This document shows, in pieces, positions 1-8,879 of a stretch of DNA of 32,000 bases (position 1 is its first letter; every line of letters begins with the position of its first letter). Origin of the DNA: an uncultured Chitinophagaceae bacterium (GTDB taxonomy: Bacteria > Bacteroidota > Bacteroidia > Chitinophagales > Chitinophagaceae). Below the pieces are notes generated by a model that saw only the letters and a list, made by a program, of their open reading frames with translations, did not search any database and was not told the origin of the DNA. The stretch spans positions 1,051,233-1,083,232 of the forward strand of contig CAWHHG010000002.1 in the NCBI GenBank assembly GCA_963829115.1, in the 5' to 3' direction. The position numbers and the translations under genes were made by a program.

Positions 1-498
1 ATAATACACAGCATTGTCGCGAATTTTCGTTCTCGTTACCGGCCGGACTATTTTATCAGTATAATCCAACCCTGTTTCTCTGACTATATTGGGCGCATCT
101 GAAGGAAGGACCTTATAAAGGACTGTCAGGTCTATTACAACTTCCAGACCATCCGAAGTCAGCGCCCTGATCGCATCATCTCCCTGGCGCGGACCTTCAT
201 CATGCACTCCGCTCATGGTATAGTTCTGTGTTTTGACATCCATCCGCTCCACTGTAAGCAGGGGATTGATAAGATGCAGTCCACTGGTCAAAACATCATT
301 TTGTACTTTCCCAAATAATGCTTTTACGCCCACCTGGCCGGCTTCAATCTGAATTATAGAAGCGACGAGAAAGCCCAATGCAATGGCGAGCAATCCGATA
401 GTACGGGCAGTGTTTGCAAATTTTTTTAACTGGTCGGGCCTGCGAGAGAGCGCCATGCCGATGAGGAAAACGATGATTCCAAGAATAATAAGTGCCAT
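1..498 (-). CDS. SPFH/Band-7 (prohibitin/HflC-like) membrane protein; N-terminal 166 codons only, the 3' end lies beyond the window edge
   Basis: Missing from the ORF track because it runs off the edge. The reverse-strand ATG at 498-496 opens MALIILGIIVFLIGMALS (TM helix), then IQIEAGQVGVKALFGKVQNDVLTSGLHLINPLLTVERMDVKTQNYT...IRALTSDGLEVVIDLTVLYKV, a typical SPFH-domain start. The frame stays open to position 1. Confidence 0.75.
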   Translation of the reverse strand, partial: MALIILGIIVFLIGMALSRRPDQLKKFANTARTIGLLAIALGFLVASIIQIEAGQVGVKALFGKVQNDVLTSGLHLINPLLTVERMDVKTQNYTMSGVHDEGPRQGDDAIRALTSDGLEVVIDLTVLYKVLPSDAPNIVRETGLDYTDKIVRPVTRTKIRDNAVYY

Positions 499-524
499 AA
501 TAAAAATATTCAGGGTGAATTTAA

Positions 525-947
525 TTAGCTGGTGTGGTCGGAAATGATAACCCATTTCCCATTGATCTTGCGGAATACAAGACTATAAATTCCTCCAATA
601 TCTCCTACAGATCTCTTGAGGAAAAATTTGCCGATGACAAGATAATATTCTGTGGAAAGGCGGTCGAGCCTTAGCAGGGTATAAAACAGTTTACCCATTT
701 GCACGGTGTCCCGATAATTTTTTTTGTAGTTATTCAGAACCGTAGTATAGCCATAGGAGATACCATTTTTCCCAATAAACATGACCGAATCATTGTTCCA
801 ATATCCCCGCATGAATTCCTCAATATTCCCTTTGTTCCACGCAAGGATCTGGTCATTCATTAGTTTCCTTATCTCCTGCTCATCCTTGTTTTGAGAGAAT
901 GCACTGGCGCTAAGAAAGATGATAGATAGAAAGAAGAGTCTTTTCAT
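525..947 (-). CDS. NTF2-like / SnoaL-DUF4440-type protein with N-terminal signal peptide
   Basis: 140-aa ORF. Signal-like MKRLFFLSIIFLSASAFSQ. The body (ILAWNKGNIEEFMRGYW...) and C-terminus (FRKINGKWVIISDHTS) match the NTF2-fold pattern. It sits 26 nt upstream of the SPFH gene on the same strand. Confidence 0.6.
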   Translation of the reverse strand: MKRLFFLSIIFLSASAFSQNKDEQEIRKLMNDQILAWNKGNIEEFMRGYWNNDSVMFIGKNGISYGYTTVLNNYKKNYRDTVQMGKLFYTLLRLDRLSTEYYLVIGKFFLKRSVGDIGGIYSLVFRKINGKWVIISDHTS

Positions 948-1030
948 CTTGCGATTTTCATCCTGAAATTAGAGAAAAGGCGGAGATCCAAATGATAATT
1001 CACTTCTTTATTTTATTTATTTTAGCGATC

Positions 1031-1399
1031 ATGATAAAAAAGGTCTATTGTCTTTCCACTTGCAGCACCTGCAAGAGAATTATAAAGGAAGTGATGGCTG
1101 AAAAACGCGGATTTGAATTCCAGGACATAGCGGGCGAAAAAATTACAGCTGATCAACTTTTGGAGATGAAAAAAATGGCAGGCAGTTACGATGCACTTTT
1201 CAGTCGCCGGGCCATTAAATACAGGGAGCTGGGTCTGAAGGACAAAAAGCTGGAGGAAAAAGACATCAGAAAACTCATTCTGGACGAATACACTTTCCTG
1301 AAGCGGCCAGTATTCATCCTGGGAAACCGGATTTTTGTTGGAAGCGAAAAGAATACTGTAGAGGCACTTAAGCAAGAAATCTCCGGTTTAAGCCTGTGA
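1031..1399 (+). CDS. ArsC/Spx-family thioredoxin-fold protein (arsenate reductase family)
   Basis: The ORF opens at 992, but the family-typical N-terminus is MIKKVYCLSTCSTCKR (ATG 1031), with a CxxC like Spx/ArsC. LKRPVFILGNRIFVG is typical of the family C-terminal half. Confidence 0.7.
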   Translation: MIKKVYCLSTCSTCKRIIKEVMAEKRGFEFQDIAGEKITADQLLEMKKMAGSYDALFSRRAIKYRELGLKDKKLEEKDIRKLILDEYTFLKRPVFILGNRIFVGSEKNTVEALKQEISGLSL

Positions 1400-1417
1400 C
1401 CGGACGCTCACACTATT

Positions 1418-3784
1418 CTATTCAACAATGCGGAGTTTGGCATAGTTGAGCATGATCTTTTTTTCGCCGTTTGTTTCGAATTTAACAGTGGCTACAGGAT
1501 TATGTGCTGAACCTTCCATCCTGGTCACTTCCCCAAATCCGAATTTCTGGTGTTCGATTTTTTGTCCCACTTGTAACTGCGAAGTATCACTGGCGACAAA
1601 TCCTGGTGAAGGAGTATGGTCCTTCGGAGCCTGTCTTGAAGTCGAAAGATAGGAGGGCTTGTTTTCTGTGGCCTGGTTTCCTGCATTAAATCCCCTGTTC
1701 ATTCTGTCAAATGCCGATCTGCCATTAAATTGATTTGGAAGAGAATGTCCGGAAGCCCTGCCGCCTGCAGAGCTCTTGTCCAGGAATTCTTCCGGAATTT
1801 CATCCAGAAACCTGCTTGGTTCGTTTTGTACAATGGATCCGAATCGATAGCGGGTATTTGCATAGCTGATCCAAAGTTTTTGTTTTGTCCTGGTGATGAC
1901 CACATAGAACAATCTGCGCTCTTCTTCCAATTCTTCCCTGGTATTGATAGACATGGCATTCGGAAAAAGCATTTCTTCCAGTCCTGCGGCAAATACACAA
2001 CTGAACTCAAGCCCCTTGGCTGCATGTATAGTCATCAGTTTTACAGTATCCGCATTCGGATCTTTTTCGTCCTGATCTGTCAGGAGGGTGATCTGCTGCA
2101 AATATGCGGAAAGTCCGGCTGCTGCTTTGCTTGTTGACTGTTCGGGAGAGTCATACTCATCCACAAAAACTCCATCTTCATCAATCCGGGAAAGATCCTG
2201 CTGCGTGTCCACCCATTCTTTAATGCTGTTTAATAATTCCTGGATATTTTCATATCTGGCCAGTCCCTCTGTCGTCTTGTCGTTAAAAAGTTCCTTCACC
2301 AGGTTGGTTTGTTTCCCTACATGCACAGCCACATCGTAGGCATTTTTGATTGCCAGCATGCTGGCGAAACTCTTTATCATCACCACAAATTGCTCGATGG
2401 ATTCAAGCGTGGAAGCGCGAAATCCATATCGGGATGCGGCCGCCAGCACATCCCACATCGATATATTATTTTCATTGGCGGCAAGAATGGCTTTATCAAT
2501 GGTGGTCTTGCCAATACCCCTTGCAGGGAAATTGATGATTCTCTTGAGTGATTCTTCATCCTTCGGATTGACAATGACACGGAGATAGGAAAGAAAATCT
2601 TTGATCTCTTTGCGCTGATAAAAGCTGATGCCTCCATAAATCATGTAAGCAATACCCATCCGTCGAAGGCTTTCTTCAAATGCACGGCTTTGGGCATTGG
2701 TACGGTATAAGATGGCGAAGTCCCGATTGGAATAATGATTACGAAGTTTTTGTTCCTGGATGGTATCCGCAACGAATTTGCCCTCATCATTGTCCGTCAT
2801 CGTGCGTACCAGCCTGATTTTTTCCCCAAGGGTATTTTCTGTCCAGAGATTTTTTGGGATTTGTCCCTTGTTGTTCTTGATGACTTCATTGGCTACATTG
2901 ATAATATGCTGCGTGCTGCGGTAATTCTGTTCCAGCTTCACGACTTTCACGTCTTCATAATCCTTTTGAAACTGCAGGATATTTTCAATGGTAGCGCCCC
3001 GGAAACTGTAAATGCTTTGGGCATCATCTCCGACTACACAAACATTTTCATGGACAGCTCCCAACAGTTTAATGATTTCATATTGTGCAGGATTGGTATC
3101 CTGAAATTCATCGATGAGAATGTATTTGAACTTGTGTTGATACTTGTGCAATGATTCCGGAAAATTCTTCAGCAGTTCATAAAATTTTAAGAGCAGGTCA
3201 TCAAAATCCATCGCCCCGTTCTTAAAACAGCGTTTCACATAGGCATCAAAAATTTGTGCAATGGCAGGACGGTTGCTTCTCTGGTCTTCCTGTTGAATGG
3301 CATAGTCAGTGGCATATTCAGAAGGTCCGACCAGGGCATTCTTTGCCTGCGATATGCGATTATATACGGTGCCTGGCTTATAATGTTTGTCATCGAGATT
3401 AAGTTCATTGACAACCGTCTTCACCACACTCTTTGCATCATCTGTATCGTAAATGGTAAAATTGTGGGGAAATCCGAGCTTTGGTGCTTCGCCGCGCAGG
3501 ATTCGCGCGAATACGCTGTGAAATGTGCCAATATATAAATTGCGGGCCTCGTTGTTTCCCAAAATCTTCTCGACCCTTTCCTTCATTTCCCGGGCCGCCT
3601 TATTTGTAAAGGTCAGGGCCAGGATATTAAATGCATCCACTCCATTGGCCATCAGGTGTGCAATCCTGGTCGTTAATACCTTTGTCTTGCCGCTGCCTGC
3701 ACCGGCAATAATCATTACTGGCCCATCCGTCTGCAATACTGCTTCCCGCTGCTTGTCATTCAGACCTATCAGATAATCCTGCAT
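1418..3784 (-). CDS. uvrD: UvrD/PcrA/Rep-family ATP-dependent DNA helicase (superfamily 1)
   Basis: 788 aa. LNDKQREAV, Walker A AGAGSGKTKVLTTRIA, DEFQDTN, VGDDAQSIYSFRGA, NYRST and a C-terminal FGFGEVT...KLRIVE tail, all in canonical helicase-motif order. Confidence 0.92.
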   Translation of the reverse strand: MQDYLIGLNDKQREAVLQTDGPVMIIAGAGSGKTKVLTTRIAHLMANGVDAFNILALTFTNKAAREMKERVEKILGNNEARNLYIGTFHSVFARILRGEAPKLGFPHNFTIYDTDDAKSVVKTVVNELNLDDKHYKPGTVYNRISQAKNALVGPSEYATDYAIQQEDQRSNRPAIAQIFDAYVKRCFKNGAMDFDDLLLKFYELLKNFPESLHKYQHKFKYILIDEFQDTNPAQYEIIKLLGAVHENVCVVGDDAQSIYSFRGATIENILQFQKDYEDVKVVKLEQNYRSTQHIINVANEVIKNNKGQIPKNLWTENTLGEKIRLVRTMTDNDEGKFVADTIQEQKLRNHYSNRDFAILYRTNAQSRAFEESLRRMGIAYMIYGGISFYQRKEIKDFLSYLRVIVNPKDEESLKRIINFPARGIGKTTIDKAILAANENNISMWDVLAAASRYGFRASTLESIEQFVVMIKSFASMLAIKNAYDVAVHVGKQTNLVKELFNDKTTEGLARYENIQELLNSIKEWVDTQQDLSRIDEDGVFVDEYDSPEQSTSKAAAGLSAYLQQITLLTDQDEKDPNADTVKLMTIHAAKGLEFSCVFAAGLEEMLFPNAMSINTREELEEERRLFYVVITRTKQKLWISYANTRYRFGSIVQNEPSRFLDEIPEEFLDKSSAGGRASGHSLPNQFNGRSAFDRMNRGFNAGNQATENKPSYLSTSRQAPKDHTPSPGFVASDTSQLQVGQKIEHQKFGFGEVTRMEGSAHNPVATVKFETNGEKKIMLNYAKLRIVE

Positions 3785-3895
3785 CTGCGCAATTTACACC
3801 GATTGCCGGAGAGGCCGAATTCCGGAGGATAATGTGAGGAAATATTTTGGTGATACCACGAAAAGGGGAGATGAAGCAGCAATGGATCCTGGAAT

Positions 3896-4054
3896 TCAGG
3901 AGCCTCTCTGGGATCCGCCAGTCAATTTCGTATTCCTGGACGCAGCTTTTGAATTGGTCTTACCCTTGTTCGGAATGAACCCTGGTTTGGCCGTTGATTG
4001 ATTTCCCTGCTTATTACCCTTTTTCTTTTTATTATTGTTATTGAACAGTGACAT
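3896..4054 (-). CDS. Small (52 aa) highly basic, low-complexity hypothetical protein
   Basis: Internal ATG of the 101-aa ORF 3896-4201: MSLFNNNNKKKKGNKQGNQSTAKPGFIPNKGKTNSKAASRNTKLTGGSQRGS. A TAAATTTG box lies 27 nt upstream. No family recognised. Confidence 0.35.
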   Translation of the reverse strand: MSLFNNNNKKKKGNKQGNQSTAKPGFIPNKGKTNSKAASRNTKLTGGSQRGS

Positions 4055-4080
4055 GGAAAATAATTTACACGTAAAAATAA

Positions 4081-4088
4081 CAAATTTA
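4081..4088 (-). promoter_or_regulatory. Candidate Bacteroidota sigma-A -7 box (TAAATTTG = TAnnTTTG)
   Basis: The reverse complement of 4081-4088 is TAAATTTG, an exact match to the TAnnTTTG consensus. It lies 27 nt upstream of the ATG at 4054. Confidence 0.3.
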
Positions 4089-4191
4089 CCCTTCTGAAAA
4101 ACGATTCCATTACACCGATTTGTTAAAAAACCAGGATGGAAATGGCCGGGAATGTAAAGCTTTTGATGTTTGTTAAAGATTGAGTTATCCA

Positions 4192-4572
4192 ATGGCACCA
4201 ATCCGTGAATTATATTTTGATATCAGTTCGGAGCAGTCAGGCGGCAGTTTGTTTAGAATTGCAAACGAAAATGCCAGGCCATCATTTTTATATCATCATA
4301 GTACCTATAATGATGAAATAGATGAAATAAAAGTATTTGAAACAGCCTATGGCGATTTTTCCGATTTCTGGCGCGAGCTGACCTCAAATCCGGAATGGTA
4401 TTACCTGCATCCGCTATTTGTTCATCCGGAACAAAGGGATTTTGTGAAGGAGCAACTCAAGGAGGTTAACTGGAACATATATCCCAACAGGAAATGGCAG
4501 GAAAGCCATCAGCGGCAATGGAAGAAAGTCCTCTCTGATCCGGGAAACTATTATCAGCCGCCCCCTCAATAA
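4192..4572 (+). CDS. Hypothetical protein
   Basis: The 130-aa ORF in the track uses TTG at 4180; the first ATG is 4192 (MAPIRELYF...). No signal peptide and no recognisable family. The call rests only on ORF length and position. Confidence 0.45.
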   Translation: MAPIRELYFDISSEQSGGSLFRIANENARPSFLYHHSTYNDEIDEIKVFETAYGDFSDFWRELTSNPEWYYLHPLFVHPEQRDFVKEQLKEVNWNIYPNRKWQESHQRQWKKVLSDPGNYYQPPPQ

Positions 4573-4648
4573 TCACAGGTATGATACTTCCTAGCAAGCC
4601 TGACTGTGCGGTAGGCAGATTTTCAAAAAAAAAGTCTCAGGAATAAAA

Positions 4649-4669
4649 ACCCGGTCAGATTGACCGGGT
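4649..4669 (-). terminator. Intrinsic-terminator-like hairpin after the minus-strand gene 4674-4967
   Basis: ACCCGGTC-agatt-GACCGGGT forms a perfect 8-bp GC-rich stem. Read on the minus strand it is followed by TTTTATTCC, starting 5 nt after the stop of 4674-4967. Confidence 0.6.
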
Positions 4670-4673
4670 CCCC

Positions 4674-4967
4674 TTATTGATGAAAACCTGCCAGGCTGTG
4701 GAAATTCTTTCTCATCGTTCGATTCTGTAATTGAACGGAAATGGCCATTTCGGTTTCAAGCGGCAAACTTTCAGCAGAATCGGTACTGACCAGTCGGTTC
4801 AATTCTTTATCCCAGGCAAATATATACACCGGGCTACCATTGTAACTGACCCTGAATTTTGTTTCTTCGCCGTTTACCAGGAAAGGCGTGGCACGCACCC
4901 TTAGTTTACTGCTGTCTAACATAACATCAAAATACATGGTCATGGCCTTGTTTCTTGTCCTTTTCAT
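4674..4967 (-). CDS. Hypothetical small protein
   Basis: 97-aa ORF (the start could be M9 or M11, MTMYFDV...). No family recognised. The terminator hairpin directly downstream supports expression. Confidence 0.45.
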   Translation of the reverse strand: MKRTRNKAMTMYFDVMLDSSKLRVRATPFLVNGEETKFRVSYNGSPVYIFAWDKELNRLVSTDSAESLPLETEMAISVQLQNRTMRKNFHSLAGFHQ

Positions 4968-5150
4968 ATGATCCCATTTAGTTCGAAAATTGTTTAACAG
5001 GAAGGAAGATGCAACAACTGTGCCCCCGGCACCAATATTCCGGAATTAACGGACGCTTAGAGGTTAATTAACGATTTAATGATCTTGCCTTGTTTTCAGC
5101 AAGCGGGCATATTTTTTTATCTTTAACCATCTTGAACCTAATTCTTAATT

Positions 5151-5702
5151 ATGAATACCAATCGACTGTCCAGAAAAATGTGCGCCGGACTAAATGCACA
5201 AATGACAAAAGAAGGACACGCTTCCCAGATTTATCTCTCTTATGGTTGCTGGGCATCAGGAGAAGGTTATGACGGAATTGCAAATTTTCTATTCAGGCAT
5301 TCACAGGAGGAGCGCAATCACATGATCAAAGTCATGGAATATATTATCGGGAGGGGAGCCAAAGTGACTGTGGAGGCCATTCCTGCGCCTCCGGCGAATC
5401 CAAAGTCAGTGCAGGATTGTTTTGAAAAAGTTTTCCAGCAGGAAATCGACAATACCAGTTCCATTTACAAGCTAGTAAAACAAAGTTTCGATGAGGGCGA
5501 TTGGGCCACCTGGCATTTCATGCAATGGTTTGTAAAGGAACAAACGGAAGAAGAGAACCTGGCGCTTGATCTCTTAGATAAAATAAAAATTGCAGGTGGG
5601 GCCAAGGCACAAGGGGAAGCTCTGTATGCCATTGACCGTGATCTTGAAAAAAAACCAGATGATGCGAGATTGGCAGAGGATAAGACGGCGATTAATCCGT
5701 GA
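5151..5702 (+). CDS. ftnA: Non-heme ferritin
   Basis: 183 aa. LNAQMTKEGHASQIYLSY...FLFRHSQEERNHMIKVMEYI...QQEIDNTSSIYKL...WFVKEQTEEE aligns by eye with the FtnA ferroxidase-centre helices. Confidence 0.9.
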   Translation: MNTNRLSRKMCAGLNAQMTKEGHASQIYLSYGCWASGEGYDGIANFLFRHSQEERNHMIKVMEYIIGRGAKVTVEAIPAPPANPKSVQDCFEKVFQQEIDNTSSIYKLVKQSFDEGDWATWHFMQWFVKEQTEEENLALDLLDKIKIAGGAKAQGEALYAIDRDLEKKPDDARLAEDKTAINP

Positions 5703-5811
5703 TTGGTTGATTAGTTGATTAGTTGACTAGTAGGTGTATAATTTTCAAAAGTGAAATAGCAACTTACCATTAACTTGCAAAACTCAGAATATTTCCAATC
5801 AACCAATCAAC
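5701..5811. repeat. Octamer array: three direct GTTGATTA-like units, then two inverted copies about 65 nt away
   Basis: Direct units TTGATTAG, TTGATTAG, TTGACTAG at 5707-5730. Inverted units CAATCAAC x2 at 5796-5811. GATTGGTTGATT (5701-5712) is the perfect complement of AATCAACCAATC (5797-5808). Confidence 0.7.
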
Positions 5812-5827
5812 CCTTCAGCAAAAAAAC

Positions 5828-6517
5828 ATGAATAGAATCAAGCTCGCTGCACTGTTCTTACTAATGTGGAATTTCAATTCAGCTTTTGCGCAGGGATCGG
5901 GACCCGTTAACCCCGATACAAAAGGTGCAGGCTGGTCGGATTTATTTAAATCTGATTTATCCAATGGTGTTTTCCCCCAGGGGGTCTGGAAAGACAGTGC
6001 CGGTGTATTCACCGCTTCAAAAGACGAGGCTCTGTGGAGTGAAAAAGCCTATGATGATTTTATCCTTGACCTGGAATTCATGAACGCAGACGGAACGAAT
6101 AGCGGAGTGATTGTACACGCTAGTGATCTGAAAAACTGGATCCCACACTCAATAGAAATTCAGATCGCAGATGATTTTTCGGAAGAATGGAGCAAGGCCT
6201 TGCCAAGCTGGCAATGCGGTGCGATATTTGGTCACCAACCTGCTTCAAAACACAATGTCAAAAAGCCAGGCGAATGGAATCACTATACCGTTACCTGCAA
6301 AGGAAAGATGATCTGGGTCGCACTGAATGGAGAGATCGTGAACACTTTCAATATGGCTGAATATACCTCCGCAAAGAAAAACCCTGATGGAACAGAAGTT
6401 CCTTCCTGGCTAAGCAATCCGCCTTCCACGCTCGCACTGCATGGCCATATCGGATTTCAGGGCAAGCATGCAGGTGCCCCTATTTTTTTCAGAAACATCA
6501 GGATAAAGCCCATGTAG
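5828..6517 (+). CDS. DUF1080 (3-keto-disaccharide hydrolase-like) secreted protein
   Basis: 229 aa. Signal peptide ending SAFAQ. W..LF...L, ..YDDFILDLEF....GTNSGV and a C-terminal HGHIGFQGKHAGAPIFFRNIRIKPM characteristic of DUF1080. Confidence 0.8.
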   Translation: MNRIKLAALFLLMWNFNSAFAQGSGPVNPDTKGAGWSDLFKSDLSNGVFPQGVWKDSAGVFTASKDEALWSEKAYDDFILDLEFMNADGTNSGVIVHASDLKNWIPHSIEIQIADDFSEEWSKALPSWQCGAIFGHQPASKHNVKKPGEWNHYTVTCKGKMIWVALNGEIVNTFNMAEYTSAKKNPDGTEVPSWLSNPPSTLALHGHIGFQGKHAGAPIFFRNIRIKPM

Positions 6518-6554
6518 ATGGGGCTCCGGAAAATTGTATCTTTCTTGCCATTAG

Positions 6555-7661
6555 ATGCATGCTACCAAGAACAATATCCATTTCCCTGCACTGGATGGAT
6601 TAAGGGCCATTGCAGCTTTTGTTGTGCTATGGACCCATGTAGAGCGATTTAAACAGTTGCGGAATGAACCTACTTTTTTTGGAAATGCATTCAATTCGTT
6701 TCTCGGTGGACTGGCAGTAACCTTTTTCTTTGTGCTGAGTGGATTCCTAATCACCTGGTTGCTGATCGGCGAAAAACAGGAGACGGGAAAAATTAATGGT
6801 TCCCGGTTTTTGAAAAAGCGGTTTTTGAGAATTGCTCCTTTATACTACCTGGTATTGATCCTTGGCTATTTACTTTCCATCTATATTTTCCATGATACCG
6901 TAACCGATCCATTTGCAAATGGATTCATTTTAAATCTACTGCTCCTGCCCAATATTGCCTTCGCATTTAGTCTGATCCCCGAAATATTGATTCAGATCTG
7001 GTCAATTGGAACTGAGGTTCAGTTCTATCTTCTTTGGCCATTTGTCATTAAGAAAGCAAAGACTAAGAATCTGATTGCTGTCCTGGTGCTGATCTTCTTC
7101 TCATGGAATGCTGCCCGCATTTTACTCTGGCTGATAGGAGAAAACAAGTCAGCGTTGGCAGTGATCATATTCAGAACAAGAATCGACTGCATGGCCATCG
7201 GCGGGCTTTTTGCATTGAGCCTAAACGGCCAATTTTCGGATCATATCGCCCTAAAGAAATTGACTCAATTTGTCCTGCGGACCGGTTCAGGTTGGTTGCT
7301 TGCTATTTTATTTTCAATCCTTATCTGGCTGAGCTGGCATTACAATCTTGGATGGTCACCGCTCTACGCCTTTCTGTTTGCGTGCATAATCGTCAGATTG
7401 ATTCATCGCCCCGCAAAGATCCTGGATTCGATTTCACTAAATTACCTGGGAAAGATTTCATACGGAATCTACCTGCTGCATCATTTTGCCGTATACCTGG
7501 TCTTCTGGCTATTCTCCAATTGTTTGGGGAGCAATTCCTGGAATGAGCTATTTTATTTTGTCGCCGCAGGGATCATCAGCGTCCTCTTGTCTTCAGCGAG
7601 TTATTATTTGTATGAGAAAAAATTCCTGGCAATGAAAGAAAGAATACCACAAAAGCCCTGA
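6555..7661 (+). CDS. Acyltransferase family 3 (integral-membrane O-acyltransferase)
   Basis: 368 aa and multi-TM. The N-terminal FPALDGLRAIAAFVVLWTH motif is typical of Acyl_transf_3. Confidence 0.85.
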   Translation: MHATKNNIHFPALDGLRAIAAFVVLWTHVERFKQLRNEPTFFGNAFNSFLGGLAVTFFFVLSGFLITWLLIGEKQETGKINGSRFLKKRFLRIAPLYYLVLILGYLLSIYIFHDTVTDPFANGFILNLLLLPNIAFAFSLIPEILIQIWSIGTEVQFYLLWPFVIKKAKTKNLIAVLVLIFFSWNAARILLWLIGENKSALAVIIFRTRIDCMAIGGLFALSLNGQFSDHIALKKLTQFVLRTGSGWLLAILFSILIWLSWHYNLGWSPLYAFLFACIIVRLIHRPAKILDSISLNYLGKISYGIYLLHHFAVYLVFWLFSNCLGSNSWNELFYFVAAGIISVLLSSASYYLYEKKFLAMKERIPQKP

Positions 7662-8879
7662 TCAGATGGAAACAGATTGTTTGGTTAATACTTTCCTGAT
7701 TGCTGCTACCAGTTTCTTTCCTTTTTCTTCCAATTCCTGTTCAGTCCAGAGAAGCCCAATGGCTGTAGAGATGCAACGGCCCATGATCTTGTCACTCGCT
7801 GAATAATCGGTATTGGATATTCTTTCCAAAGCCAACATTTGATCATGGTTGAGGTTATTCAAAGCAATGGCATTTTTCAGGTGATCCCATTTGCGGATAT
7901 AGTGCCAGTTATGCTCATACCAGTAGAAATTACCGCCAGCGATATTTTGTGTTTTCAATTCTGCGACGAGGGCGGCAGTCAATTCTTCCGTTGGCAGGAA
8001 CCAGCTTAGGAAAGTACAGGTGTCGCCCGAAAAATCAGGGATCGTTCTGAATCTGAGATCAGGTACCTGGGAGAGTATTTTTTTTAATTGGGAATGATTT
8101 TTTTTCTGGATAGCGAGAAAATGGTCGAGTTTTCTCAATTGAGCAAGACCGACAGCAGCATGCAATTCAGAGATCCTGAAATTATATCCGAGGAAGGGAT
8201 GAAGATCTGCCCCACGGTCGATCCCTGCGTGGTCATGGCCATGATCCGAGTATCCATCGGATTTCTGATAAATCTCGTGGCTATGCGTAAGTACGGCGCC
8301 CCCTTCAGCGCAGGTCACCGTTTTTACAAAATCAAAGGACAGTGTGCCTGCATGTCCGATCGTGCCCAGGCATTTTCCTTTATATGTGCCTCCAATGCTC
8401 TGGCAGGCATCTTCCAGCAATACCAGATTGTGTTTGGTGCAAATGGCGATCAGCGGATCCAGGTCGGCCATGCTGCCGCACATATGAACGGGCATCAGGC
8501 ATTTGGTTTTTGGACCTATTAGTTTTTCTACTGCTTGCGGATTCATGGTCAGGGTTTCATCCACATCCACCAGCACAGGAACCGCCCCAACACTCAAAAC
8601 GGCTTCGAAGCTGGCAACAAATGTAAAAGTAGGCATGATCACTTCATCTCCTGCGCCCACGCCCAGTGCCGCCAATGCGGTTGTCAGTGCAGCGGTCCCG
8701 CTGGAAACAAGTTGTGCGTATCCTGATCCCAGGCGCTTGCAAAGCGCTGCCTCCAGTTCTTTGGATTTCCAGATTCCCTTTCTCGGGCCATCGAATCCAT
8801 AGCGCATGAGGATGCCCGTGTTCAGGACTTCATTGACCTCTTTGCGTTCTTCTTCCCCAAATAATTCAAACCCTGGCAT
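7662..8879 (-). CDS. DegT/DnrJ/EryC1/StrS-family PLP aminotransferase
   Basis: The ORF extends to 8978, but the family N-terminus is MPGFELFGEEE (ATG 8879). SSGTAALTTALAALGVGAGDEVIMPTFTF, LLEDACQSIGG and SFDFVKTVTCAEGG (PLP lysine) are present. Confidence 0.85.
   Translation of the reverse strand: MPGFELFGEEERKEVNEVLNTGILMRYGFDGPRKGIWKSKELEAALCKRLGSGYAQLVSSGTAALTTALAALGVGAGDEVIMPTFTFVASFEAVLSVGAVPVLVDVDETLTMNPQAVEKLIGPKTKCLMPVHMCGSMADLDPLIAICTKHNLVLLEDACQSIGGTYKGKCLGTIGHAGTLSFDFVKTVTCAEGGAVLTHSHEIYQKSDGYSDHGHDHAGIDRGADLHPFLGYNFRISELHAAVGLAQLRKLDHFLAIQKKNHSQLKKILSQVPDLRFRTIPDFSGDTCTFLSWFLPTEELTAALVAELKTQNIAGGNFYWYEHNWHYIRKWDHLKNAIALNNLNHDQMLALERISNTDYSASDKIMGRCISTAIGLLWTEQELEEKGKKLVAAIRKVLTKQSVSI

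Noticed and set aside
1446-3776. Many 60-139-aa plus-strand ORFs across the helicase gene
   Set aside because: All are nested antisense to a complete UvrD/PcrA-family CDS and have no recognisable motifs.
3896-4201. Full 101-aa version of the small basic ORF
   Set aside because: The upstream half would overlap the start of the divergent ORF at 4180/4192 and would contain the TAAATTTG promoter-like box. The 52-aa version from ATG 4054 is more coherent, though still uncertain.
5040-5150. Possible Fur box upstream of the ferritin gene
   Set aside because: There are AT-rich segments (TTAATTAACGATTTAATGA) but no clear 19-bp palindrome resembling GATAATGATAATCATTATC. I cannot support the call without a matrix scan.
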